The notes under the pieces are model-generated. The model had not been told where the DNA came from. It was given only the letters and a program-made list of their open reading frames with translations, and did no database searches. From NCBI GenBank assembly GCA_018985235.1, contig JADGIG010000026.1, forward strand, positions 1 to 39,007: DNA of 39,007 bases, in the 5' to 3' direction. Within the stretch, counting starts at the first letter, position 1; every line of letters begins with the position of its first letter. Below are positions 18,241-28,022 of the stretch, in pieces. The position numbers and the translations under genes are program-made. Source of the DNA: Sanchytrium tribonematis. Taxonomy: Eukaryota.

Positions 18241-20211
18241 TCAGTCAAATTCGGTCTCACTGCTCGAAATAGCATTAATAAAATCTTCGAATGAGCTCAC
18301 ACCTTTAATGCCCTCGGCAATAGCCAGCAATGAATCACCGGAAGAAGTATAGTTTGACAAATTACTGGTGTTAATTAATTCGTGAGCATGTATTGGTTTA
18401 CGATCTGACTTTCCAGGTGTAGGTAGAGCTCTACTAGGAGGATTCGAAGGTGATCTATCAGTAGGAATCTCAATATGATCCATCAAAGAAATTTTCGGTT
18501 TATCTACAGTCTCAATTCCATATTTATCTATCAACTGATTTAAAGGCATATCACTTGTTATTGTCGCACGCTTTTTGGTTATCTGAGTAGCTACACTGGG
18601 ATCGGCAACTATTCGTACCATAACATGAACTAATATAGGGATTTTTGGATCTCTTGTATCAACATCAACTTCGACTTTCTTTAAAGCATCTCTGATCGAA
18701 TCGGTCACCACTATTTGACTTTTTTCACCATCAAGAAAAGCCATGTCGAAGGCAATGTTCTTTAGACCATTTTTGTTAGCAATTTTACGAATGGTGCTCT
18801 GGACCAGGTCACCAAATTTCACAGATACTGGAACTTTAACCGTCTTCGTAATTTTCTTTTCAGTGTTTAAAATCATCTTGGCAAGTATCCATTTATCAAC
18901 GGATTGTGAAAATGTGTCTCTTTTCGAAGGCTGTTCTACTCCAATTGTCATACGCTTCGACGGCCCCATTTTATTAGATATTGGGCTTTCAAAGCTCGAC
19001 ATAGGTCTAGGATTCATTGTAGCATCTATGTTAGCACTGAGTTCCGCAGATGACATGGGCCGTTGTGGTAATGGACGCTTATATTTTGCTTCATTTTTTG
19101 ATGTGTTACTTTCTTCAAACTCTATTGACCTTTGTGAATTAGCGCCCTCAGTTATTTCATGCAAAAAGACTTTAATTTCTTCCTGTAAAGTAGAGACTTC
19201 TACCTGGTCATTGCTTTTGGAAAAAAGACTTCGCCTCCTATCCATTTTCACATTAAGATCGTTCAAGACCTGAAGAATAAGCTCTTCATTGGCTAATTTT
19301 CGTTCTCCACTCTTGGATTTTATACTTAAAAACCAAGAGTTGAGAAAAATGTCAATACTTGATCGTTTGTCAACATCGAGTCCAGACTTTCGTAGTTTCC
19401 CAAACACTCTGAATTTCAGGGCTGCTTGACGTAGCAATTCACCAACAGTCGTGGCCTCAGTTGCTGCAACTGTTTTAAATTGTGCAATCTCTTGCGAATT
19501 TGACATTTTACCTTGATAAATTCGGATTGCAGTAACCTTTGTTGATTTTGGAAAGTTTTTCACAGGTGATGGTCTAACTTTGCCTTCAAGTTTTGCCAGA
19601 GTCACAGTAGCTTGCTTAGGTTTTGATTCTTCTGAGTGCTGTTCCTTGTTTATTATTTTATGTTTTTCATTTTCGTTGATGTCCGCCTCTTTTTCTAATA
19701 CCTCTTCCTGTTCAACTTCTTCGTCTACGAGCTCATCACTAAGTTCTTCAGTGTCCTCTTCGGAACTGTCAACATCAAAACCACTATCCGGTCGTTTTAA
19801 AAATTTACCAGCAACTGAAGACACTCGTTTATCGACAGACGCTAAAGTATCCAAATTTCCATTATTATCAATAACACTTTCAGAAAATCTAACAGACTTG
19901 TCTGTTGCTCCCAATTTCCCTACATAATCTTCCTGTTCTTTAAACTCGCTGAGTTGCAAATTTCGATGTCGATTTACACGTGCCAAACGCTCAGATGGAG
20001 TTTCAACAATTTCTGCAGGAATATAACCGATTTGATTGCTCGATAATGGCTTTACCAGCCACCAATAATTATTACTATCATCCAAAAGCAGCAACGGCTC
20101 ATTTTTAATGACATCGATTTGCGAATCGACTGTGGCTTTAAATGTCTGAAGAGCATGAACTAATGAAAAATCCTTTTCTTCCTGAACGAAGTCGCTGTCA
20201 CTATCACTCAT
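18241..20211 (-). CDS. Tea4/Bud14-like SH3 polarity protein and PP1 regulator, with RA-like domain
   Basis: HALQTFKATV...LLLLDDSNNYWWLVK...GYIPAEIVETPSERLARVNRHRN; RVxF motif KSVRF; RA-like IRIY...FKTV. Confidence 0.85.
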   Translation of the reverse strand: MSDSDSDFVQEEKDFSLVHALQTFKATVDSQIDVIKNEPLLLLDDSNNYWWLVKPLSSNQIGYIPAEIVETPSERLARVNRHRNLQLSEFKEQEDYVGKLGATDKSVRFSESVIDNNGNLDTLASVDKRVSSVAGKFLKRPDSGFDVDSSEEDTEELSDELVDEEVEQEEVLEKEADINENEKHKIINKEQHSEESKPKQATVTLAKLEGKVRPSPVKNFPKSTKVTAIRIYQGKMSNSQEIAQFKTVAATEATTVGELLRQAALKFRVFGKLRKSGLDVDKRSSIDIFLNSWFLSIKSKSGERKLANEELILQVLNDLNVKMDRRRSLFSKSNDQVEVSTLQEEIKVFLHEITEGANSQRSIEFEESNTSKNEAKYKRPLPQRPMSSAELSANIDATMNPRPMSSFESPISNKMGPSKRMTIGVEQPSKRDTFSQSVDKWILAKMILNTEKKITKTVKVPVSVKFGDLVQSTIRKIANKNGLKNIAFDMAFLDGEKSQIVVTDSIRDALKKVEVDVDTRDPKIPILVHVMVRIVADPSVATQITKKRATITSDMPLNQLIDKYGIETVDKPKISLMDHIEIPTDRSPSNPPSRALPTPGKSDRKPIHAHELINTSNLSNYTSSGDSLLAIAEGIKGVSSFEDFINAISSSETEFD

Positions 20212-20307
20212 TTAGGAGACTCTGAGGGTTTCCAATATAAATTGAATATTTTTATTACTCGAGGACCAATCACACTAAAATCCTTAATTAGCCAATCAAC
20301 ATCTCAA

Positions 20308-21075
20308 TTAGCCTGAAGCAGATTTGATCCAATCATTCCACCCAATACCAGGCTTATTGATCCCACAGCCTTGAAGTCTCACAACAATTTCACCAGCTTT
20401 AGGTCTGTCACAATAGCTTAGCATATTCTTAATAATTTCAAGTGTAGCCGGAACCATAAATCCTTTCCCTTCAATAAAATTAAATTGCAACTTACCATAA
20501 TCTGGCAAATCTTTCCAATCTGGCCACGTTTGAATAGTTGGAGTTCCGAGTAGCCCAAATATTGCACATATTAATGGAATTTCACCCTCAACATGGAATA
20601 AAACTCGCTTGTGGATCATCTCATATCCTACACATCCCAAAGCCCAAATGTCTTGTGTGCTGGTTATTTCTCCGCCAAATGCCTCCTCGGGACTCATGTA
20701 AAATATAGTGGACTGACTTGAAGGGAAATCTATCAATTTAACAATACCTAAATTGTCAATCAAAATGTTTTCGGGTTTCAAATCATGGTGTTGTATATCT
20801 TTTTCGTGAATAAATGCCAAACCTCTAGCTATTTGCACAATAATTTCCTGAATAATATTTGTTGGAATGCCGTATTTAATTAGTTCTAGTAAATTATGCG
20901 GTATGTAGTCCATTTCCAAAATTCTACCATTCACATTATATATTTTTATAATGTTGGGATGATCGAGTGATTTTAAAATTTTAATTTCTTCTGAGTTTGT
21001 GCTATGCTTGTATATTTTACCTTTCATTTTGAAAACGTCCCCATGTCTCCCAGAAGATATCAATAAAGATGCCAT
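20308..21075 (-). CDS. Minimal CDK-related kinase (CDK20/CAK-like), degenerate motifs
   Basis: HPNIIK, HHDLKPENIL, DFP in place of DFG, YMSPE, DIWALGC, CDK-type insert LGTPTIQTWPDWKDLPDYGKLQF. Confidence 0.8.
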   Translation of the reverse strand: MASLLISSGRHGDVFKMKGKIYKHSTNSEEIKILKSLDHPNIIKIYNVNGRILEMDYIPHNLLELIKYGIPTNIIQEIIVQIARGLAFIHEKDIQHHDLKPENILIDNLGIVKLIDFPSSQSTIFYMSPEEAFGGEITSTQDIWALGCVGYEMIHKRVLFHVEGEIPLICAIFGLLGTPTIQTWPDWKDLPDYGKLQFNFIEGKGFMVPATLEIIKNMLSYCDRPKAGEIVVRLQGCGINKPGIGWNDWIKSASG

Positions 21076-21081
21076 TAGGAT

Positions 21082-24036
21082 TTACTTATCAGTTTGACTT
21101 TCCCCCAAAGGCTGTTTCAAGTGACAGACACTGCACCAATTTGAACTCAACAAGACCTTGCATCTTGAGCATCGTATCCCAGACTTGCATATAGTTCCTT
21201 TATCATCAAACTCAATTTTCATAGTGCAATTTGAGCATGTACTACTTATGTTGCTTTTAGCATTGCAATGGACACAATCTATTAAATCGCAGCTCTCTGA
21301 ATTGTTTCTAGAAAAAGTCTCAGTAAGTAGGTTTATGCATGTTATGTATATATCTTTAGAGCGCAACAGCCCAAAGCATGCGGATGATATGGCATAAAGC
21401 TTTAAATTAAATGCACTTAAACCTCGAAGTAATATGACGGTGAGAAGTGGCAATGTTCTTGAGAGTAGACAAGGCGTTGTTAGTTTAAGGGTTTCGCTGT
21501 AGTATTCATTTTTATAATTTAATAAGGCTTTATAAAAATAGTGGTATTCAATACAAACTGTAAAATTATTACTTGCACAGCCTTTCAAAAAGGCTAATTT
21601 TTTGTTACTGAGCAGATCTTCATAGTTAAGGCTTTCCAGCTGTTGCAGACATTTATCGTACATAGAGATCCCAAAAAGAAATTTAACATTCGTATAAATA
21701 TTGCCGTAAGTAATATCATTATGCTGTTCGTAAGTTAATTTTTGGTATATATGATTTGTTTTTAATTCGAGCAATTGCGTGGGGCTATCTACTTTAATGA
21801 TAGAGTAGTTACCAGATTGAAATTTATATTTAAAAGGAATTTCGCTATGTTTGATTTGATCAAATTTTCTCGCCGACAGTAAACACTGTGCAGACAGCTC
21901 ATACTCCGAAATAGAATCGAAGCATTTTGATGCCTCCAAGAAGCTCCCTTTTTTCTTTAAATTGATACCGACATTTTTAAAGCAAATTTTACGAATACTA
22001 TTATCTTGAATTAAATTTAAATAAGGTGCCAGCTTTTCAAGCGATTTTGTTTGTATGAGATAAAGGCAAAGATCATTAAAGTCTCCCTTATGCTTTAAAG
22101 TAGATATCACCTCATCAACTTTTTTAAAGTATTTCAAAAGTTCAATGGCCAGGTCCTCTTTTGAAAGTGACATCAACAGACGACAAAATTTCATTAAATC
22201 TTTGGACTTTGCCTTAATAAAACAAGAGAGTGCCTCATCTATCTTGTTTTGGTTAAGAAATTTTATTCCAATTTGCTTGTACAAATTCAAAGCCTCGTTC
22301 GGAATTAAGGAAGAGACATTAGGTGATTCTTTGTCTATTATACTTGAAAATTCGGTAAAATAATACTTAAACACGTCTACTGGTTTGAAGTTATTTGGTA
22401 ATTGTTCATAGCTAAAATATCTAACGATATAATTTGTAAATTCGGCTAAATAATCACCATCAATAATAATCGACTCTGAATTAACAATAACCAGTTTTTG
22501 TTTTTCAATGCAACAAACACCAAAGTCTTCATTGAATTTGAAGTCCAAAACATTGGGTCGTTTAAATTTTGCTTTGAATGGGTTGAGATCGTAAACATGT
22601 AATGTCTGACCTAAAAGAAGGCCCAATTGACCGAACTTCACCTCAAATTTAATCAAATTTTTCACTTCCCCACATTCCAATTCATATGAAAACAGCTGCT
22701 TCAGTTCAATATCAAAACCAGACACTTGCCCGCCTTTAAATAAAACATATAATACTTCTCTATAAGAAACACATGAAATACATTCTACTGAAGTTGCATT
22801 TGGGAACTTAAATTCTTTGAATTCTATTTTTCTCACTATATTGTCTACGTAAAAAATAGTTGGTTGATTAAAATTAAAGACTGTTGATTTGTAAATGAAG
22901 TAGTGATTCTTTGTAATAAAGCCTAAAAAACTTTTACAAATAGAGACCTCGAGTACGTTTTCTTTGATTTCGACTATTTCCAGAATTCGTCCAATTTTGT
23001 CAGCTATGGTGACTTTGGATTTTCCATCTTGGATCTCGCAAAAAACCAAGAACGAATCATTGGCGTGAAATGCTGAAAGTCCAGCTACTCTTATAGTCTT
23101 GAAGTTCAATGGGGTATACACACATATACAACTTTTGTCCATAATATTTTTTTCGTAATACAATATTCCAGTATCATATATTACTCGGTGATGACACCTA
23201 TATTTTAAAAACAAAACTTGAGACAAAGAGACAGAGGCTAGTGTTCCACCGTAGCTCATCAAAAATTGTTCATTAGTGGTATGTAAGTTCAGTTGACTTG
23301 ATAAAGAACCTGCTTGATTGTAAATTTGCAACATTCCTTTACGACAAATAAGTATGTTGTTTTTAATAAAAATCATATCGTCTCCTACACCAAAATCTAT
23401 CACTTTGTTAAGGTCCAAGTCGCTACATCCATATATTGTCTTTTCAGTTTTGATCAGAATTTTAAGATTTGTTTGCAATAGTTCTATGCCAGTGTTGAAA
23501 AGAAATTTGACAGGATTTTGGATGTTCAGCAGAAAAGTGCCCAGTTGAACCCCAGTCCAGTCGTACTTAACAATTTGACAAGGGCTATCAGTTAAAATCA
23601 GGAGATTTGAGTCAAGCCATTTACAATCTTTAATGGAGAGGTCTCGTAATTGAATTCCCCAATTAAGTTGGCCTAAACCAGTCCCTACAATGATCTGGCC
23701 GTCAGAATAAGCTATGGCTAAATAGGTTCTAAACGCAATACTAACAACTTTGGACAGATTTTTATGGTTTGACATTTCTTCATAGTAAGCATTTTGGTAA
23801 AATTTCCATATAATTAGAAGACCGCTTGAATCTCCAGACGCCAAATACTCCCCGTAGCACTCAATGCTTGTAATCTCTTCCTTGTGGCCTACAAGCTCTT
23901 GTATTTCATGATTCGAATTAATTACCAATATTGTGCCAGAAGTCAGTCCAATAAACTTATTTTCATTCATACATACACAACTGACTGAATTGCTTTTAGT
24001 ATTAATTAAAATAGAAGAATTGATCCAAGCAAACAT
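21082..24036 (-). CDS. IFT121: Divergent IFT-A subunit IFT121/WDR35
   Basis: LVGH...SGDSSGLLIIWKFYQNAYYEEMSN...IAYSDGQIIVG...WG parallels the WDR35 N-terminus; helical repeat region; C-terminal CxxC pairs. Likely ATG at 24036 (MFAWI). Confidence 0.75.
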   Translation of the reverse strand: MFAWINSSILINTKSNSVSCVCMNENKFIGLTSGTILVINSNHEIQELVGHKEEITSIECYGEYLASGDSSGLLIIWKFYQNAYYEEMSNHKNLSKVVSIAFRTYLAIAYSDGQIIVGTGLGQLNWGIQLRDLSIKDCKWLDSNLLILTDSPCQIVKYDWTGVQLGTFLLNIQNPVKFLFNTGIELLQTNLKILIKTEKTIYGCSDLDLNKVIDFGVGDDMIFIKNNILICRKGMLQIYNQAGSLSSQLNLHTTNEQFLMSYGGTLASVSLSQVLFLKYRCHHRVIYDTGILYYEKNIMDKSCICVYTPLNFKTIRVAGLSAFHANDSFLVFCEIQDGKSKVTIADKIGRILEIVEIKENVLEVSICKSFLGFITKNHYFIYKSTVFNFNQPTIFYVDNIVRKIEFKEFKFPNATSVECISCVSYREVLYVLFKGGQVSGFDIELKQLFSYELECGEVKNLIKFEVKFGQLGLLLGQTLHVYDLNPFKAKFKRPNVLDFKFNEDFGVCCIEKQKLVIVNSESIIIDGDYLAEFTNYIVRYFSYEQLPNNFKPVDVFKYYFTEFSSIIDKESPNVSSLIPNEALNLYKQIGIKFLNQNKIDEALSCFIKAKSKDLMKFCRLLMSLSKEDLAIELLKYFKKVDEVISTLKHKGDFNDLCLYLIQTKSLEKLAPYLNLIQDNSIRKICFKNVGINLKKKGSFLEASKCFDSISEYELSAQCLLSARKFDQIKHSEIPFKYKFQSGNYSIIKVDSPTQLLELKTNHIYQKLTYEQHNDITYGNIYTNVKFLFGISMYDKCLQQLESLNYEDLLSNKKLAFLKGCASNNFTVCIEYHYFYKALLNYKNEYYSETLKLTTPCLLSRTLPLLTVILLRGLSAFNLKLYAISSACFGLLRSKDIYITCINLLTETFSRNNSESCDLIDCVHCNAKSNISSTCSNCTMKIEFDDKGTICKSGIRCSRCKVLLSSNWCSVCHLKQPLGESQTDK

Positions 24037-24162
24037 TTTCAAACCTTGGAGACTCGGAAAGAAAGAAAAAAAGAAAGAGGAGGATTTATTAACATATCGG
24101 AGCTGAAGGACATGTATATGATCCCACAAATGCATCACTTTTGCCTCTAGCTGTTTCCCAAA

Positions 24163-24283
24163 TACAATTCCAACTCAAAGCATCCAAATGAACCTCCAGT
24201 TTATGTGCCATGTGCAATAAGTAGCTTTTAAGGAACATAACTCGGACTACAATTAGTAGTTTCATTTGGAGACTTGGAATGTA
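24163..24283. ncRNA. Candidate structured RNA element (nested stems) of unknown class
   Basis: ATTCCAA 24167-73 / TTGGAAT 24274-80; TCCAAATGAA 24183-92 / TTCATTTGGA 24261-70; TTATGT 24201-06 / ACATAA 24235-40; ACTAC 24246-50 / GTAGT 24256-60. Confidence 0.3.
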
Positions 24284-24304
24284 AAATTATAAATCACTTG
24301 TTTA

Positions 24305-25687
24305 CTAATCGTCATCACCGAGTTTTTTAAGACCCCACTGTGGTCTTTGACCCGTCCAAGTACCAAAATCACGAGTTGCTGGTTTGGGGGCATTCAAAAT
24401 TTTAACATAGTCATAGGTGGTTTCTCCCATTTCAGCAGCATCAATTCCAGATTCCTCTTCGGATGCATTTAGCTGTAAGGATAAACCTGGTATTCTATTA
24501 ATTATTAGAAGTATAATACACGTCAAAACAAATGACCATAGGAAACACACAACGCAACTCAAAATTTGCCATTTTATAACTCCCTCTCCTTCCACTAATC
24601 CGGATTCTTTCAAAGTAATACCATCAATATCTGACCACTTTCTTTCAGCAAAAACACCGGTCAATATATTACCAGCAATTCCACCTACTCCATGCACTGT
24701 GAATACATCCAACTACATTATTTGTAATTACTGTGTCATCAAGTTGCAGCTTTTCTTTTGCAATAACGCCAAGATAACAAAAACTACTTCCTATCATTCC
24801 TATTAGCAGCGCATACCCAGGATTGACGAACCCGGCTCCGGGAGTGATTGCAACTAATCCCGCAACGGCTCCGCAACAAAAGCCTATTGAAGAAAATTTT
24901 TTAGTTCTTAAATAGGACCACAACATCCACGCTAGAGAGCCTCCGGAAGCAGCCATATTTGTGGCCATTATTGCAGCCGCTGCTCTTGGTCCAGAACTAA
25001 GTGCACTTCCCCCATTAAATCCGTTCCAGCCGAACCAAAGAAAAAGGGTTCCTAGAAGAACATTGGCAGGAGAATGTGCCGAACTTTTTGCTTGGTTTCT
25101 TCTTTTGCCCAAAATTAATACGAATGCCAATGCAGCTGAGCCCGAAGCAATACTAAATTATAAATAATTACTGTACTGGCGAACCTCCTGCAAAATCAAG
25201 TACTCCAGCTTTATTCAACCAACCGTTGGTGTTCCAACACCAATAGGCTATGAAATCGTAAACTTAATTAAAAATAAATACCTAAGGTTGTCCAAATAAA
25301 TACGAATACTATTTTCGGTAGCAAACGGGCGTTTTCAGCACCAGCTCCTACAACAAGTGCCGGGGTTATACCTGCAAATGCTGATTGATATATTGCAAAT
25401 GCATAATCAGGATATTTAGAATTTGGATCCGTTTCTGAAGTCAAATGATTAAATCCACCATTATAAAATGAACCTATAAAATCCCCTCCTTCTGAGGAAA
25501 ATACCAGTGAGTAGCCGAACATAAACCATTGTATTAAAACAACTGAATAGGTTAAAAAACAAAGCAATAATATACTTAAAGCTGCTTTAGATGTTGTCAA
25601 TCCAGAGTAGAAATATCCAAGTCCAGGGATCATTATGAATACTAACGTACTGCATAAAAGTAAAAAGCTCGTGTCACCAGCAGTCAT
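24305..25687 (-). CDS. Ammonium transporter (Amt/Mep) copy 1, four exons (25282-25687, 25172-25262, 24732-25152, 24305-24712; 441 aa)
   Basis: PGLGYFYSG, DFAGGSPVHIASG, LWFGWNGFNGGS, AGLVAITP and DDTLDVFTVHG are all restored after removing three 19-nt introns. Confidence 0.93.
24713..24731 (-). other. 19-nt spliceosomal intron (GTAATTACAAATAATGTAG)
   Basis: Restores DDT|LDVF. Confidence 0.9.
25153..25171 (-). other. 19-nt spliceosomal intron (GTAATTATTTATAATTTAG)
   Basis: Restores the conserved His codon CA|T in PVHIASG. Confidence 0.92.
25263..25281 (-). other. 19-nt spliceosomal intron (GTATTTATTTTTAATTAAG)
   Basis: Restores WTTLVYDFIAYW, colinear with the paralog's intronless WSIFVYDFIAYW. 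Confidence 0.92.
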
Positions 25688-25835
25688 TTTAAGTTATACA
25701 AGCCACATAAATTTGAAACCGCAGACATATGTTCATTATTATTACAATTATTAATTATTTATAAAGAATTGATCCATTTATCGCCACATGGTCAAAAGCG
25801 GATAAGAAAATTGAGATTGTCATTCAGGATTAATT

Positions 25836-27156
25836 TTATTCGACATTGTTTAGTGGTTCTTCTGATTCCTTGACTCTCATGTCTCCTTTCTTAGTTTGAC
25901 TATGTAAAAAGTCAAAGGAAAGCTCTCCAATCTCTGAGATATCAACCCCTGCCTCTTCATGATGGGCTTGTAATCTGAGACTCAAACCTGGAATTTTATC
26001 CAAAACTAGTACAATAACCCCAGTGATAACAAATGACCAACCAAAACAGGCCAAACAGTCTATTAATTGCCATGCAAGCAGCATTCCGTCACCTTCTATA
26101 ACGCCGGTGTATTTTATGGTAGCGCCACTTAAACTAGGCCAATATCTTTGAGTACAAAAGCCAGTCAAGATATTTCCAACAATGCCGCCAACCCCATGGA
26201 CTGCAAAGACATCTAGCTATATAAGTTTAAAATACAGTGTCATCAAAATTGAAATACTCCTTAATTTTTCCTGCAAAATTACAACAAAAAGCACCAATGA
26301 TTCCAATAAGAATGGAGCTTCCTGGTGATACAAATCCTGATCCAGGTGTGATTGCCACCAAACCTGCAACCGCCCCACAGCAAAAACTAATTGCACTAAA
26401 TTTTCCAGTTTTATAGTAGTCTATAATCATCCAAGTCAATGATGCACTTGAGGCTGCTAAATTTGTCGTAATAATTGCTGCCGCAGCTCTTCCATTAGCT
26501 CCCGCAGCACTTCCACCATTGAATCCATTCCATCCAAACCATAAAAATAAGGTACCCAAAATGACATTAGCTGGCGAATTGGGTAAAAACTCTTGATTTT
26601 TTCTTTTACCAATTACCAAAGCATATGCAAGTGCAGCCGCTCCGCTGGATATATGGACGGGGGAACCACCAGCAAAATCAAGAGATCCATTCAAGTTGAG
26701 CCAGCCATTTGGATTCCAAACCCAATATGCTATAAAGTCGTACACGAAAATTGACCACAAGAAAATAAATACCATCTTTGGGAGAAGTCTAGCTCGTTCG
26801 GCAGTGGCCCCGATAACTAAAGCAGGACTAATACCGGCAAAGGTGGACTGAAAAAAAACAAATGCATAATCGGGGTATGTAGTTTTATCAGCAACAACGC
26901 TACCCAATCCCACAAAAGCCCCATTTGTAAAAGACCCGATCATTGGACCACCATCAGCAGCAAAGACAAAGGAATATCCAAACAAAAACCATTGAATCAT
27001 TACAATTGAATACGATACAAAACAAAGAAGTAACATAGACAAAGCTGACTTGTTATTACACAAACCGCTATAAAAGTATCCCAGTCCAGGAATCATTGAA
27101 AATACTAAAGCTCCTGATATTAATAAAAATGCAGTATCTCCAGAATCTGAGCCCAT
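25836..27156 (-). CDS. Ammonium transporter (Amt/Mep) copy 2, two exons (26236-27156, 25836-26216; 433 aa)
   Basis: AERAR, DFAGGSPVHISSG, LWFGWNGFNGGS, DDT|LDVFAVHG. Confidence 0.93.
26217..26235 (-). other. 19-nt spliceosomal intron (GTATTTTAAACTTATATAG)
   Basis: Restores DDT|LDVF; same position as the third intron of copy 1. Confidence 0.92.
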
Positions 27157-27353
27157 TCTTCCAGTGTTTTAAAAGTAAATTCGTCGCTATCTACCTGAAT
27201 CAATTTCCTGAAAATTTGCGACGTCAATTTGATGTCCCAGAAAAATTGGCACGATAAAAATGAGCATAAAAGGCAATATAAAATTTTGGCCAATCATTAA
27301 TTGGCAACTGAACGTTTTAAATCCTTTACAACTCTCCGTGATAAATTTAGTTC

Positions 27354-27971
27354 ATGGAAGTCGACATCAAATTTCTTGGATACATTGCAATCAAAAGTTG
27401 TTTTAACAGGTACTTATGCTGTGAAAATTTAATATTGGGTCAATTTCTAGTGTTCGATCGAGCGTCATTAGGCGAATGGGAAACTTTCGAATTGTATAAC
27501 GCAGAGAATGGATTTTGCTTGTTAAGAGCCCACAATGGAAAGTGGCTCACAGTCATGGATGGTCAAATCACATGCGAAAAATACATGAGTTCTCGAAGTA
27601 TTTTTGCTCTCAAGGTGTGGCAGAAACACGATGATTATGCTTACAAAATATCGCTACAAACATATTTGGGTACATGGCTCTGCGCCAATCATACAACTTT
27701 GATCTTAAAGGAGCATTGCTTGGAATGGGAAAAGTTCACATTGGAAGTGCTTTCAGGCATGCCTAGATCAGTAGAAATAACTAATTTGCCAATTTCTTCG
27801 ACCAAACCAGTGTCTTGCTCCCAAACATATACCTCACAATTGACAATGGGAACTCAAACTGAAAATAGTACTGTTACTGTGGTTATACCATTAAACGAAA
27901 ACAATTCCACAGTATCAGAGGATGAATGGACACAAGTGCAAGACGTCAATTCTTCGTGTAATGGCAATTAA
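27354..27971 (+). CDS. Fascin-like beta-trefoil domain protein with S/T-rich tail
   Basis: Three repeats IAIKSCFNRYL...EWETFEL, LLRAHNGKWL, ISLQTYLGTWL...EWEKFTL. Confidence 0.7.
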   Translation: MEVDIKFLGYIAIKSCFNRYLCCENLILGQFLVFDRASLGEWETFELYNAENGFCLLRAHNGKWLTVMDGQITCEKYMSSRSIFALKVWQKHDDYAYKISLQTYLGTWLCANHTTLILKEHCLEWEKFTLEVLSGMPRSVEITNLPISSTKPVSCSQTYTSQLTMGTQTENSTVTVVIPLNENNSTVSEDEWTQVQDVNSSCNGN

Positions 27972-28022
27972 TAAATTTATGAAATTTCCCCATACGCTTA
28001 CGTACAATGATGACTCCTTGAA

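Noticed and set aside
24147..24165. 19-nt GT-AG segment on the minus strand (GTATTTGGGAAACAGCTAG)
   Set aside because: Lacks T12 and Y15 of the consensus, and splicing yields no convincing protein.
24232..24252. RNase P CR-V-like ACATAACTCGGACTAC
   Set aside because: No complementary CR-I segment found upstream on the same strand.
24183..24270. Hammerhead ribozyme (minus strand GAAACTAC-TAATT-GTAGTC resembles stem III plus GUC)
   Set aside because: The required CUGANGA core is absent (CTGGAGG at the equivalent place).
25775..27345. GATA (nitrogen regulation) sites upstream of both Amt genes
   Set aside because: Biologically plausible, but short GATAA motifs are expected by chance in AT-rich DNA.
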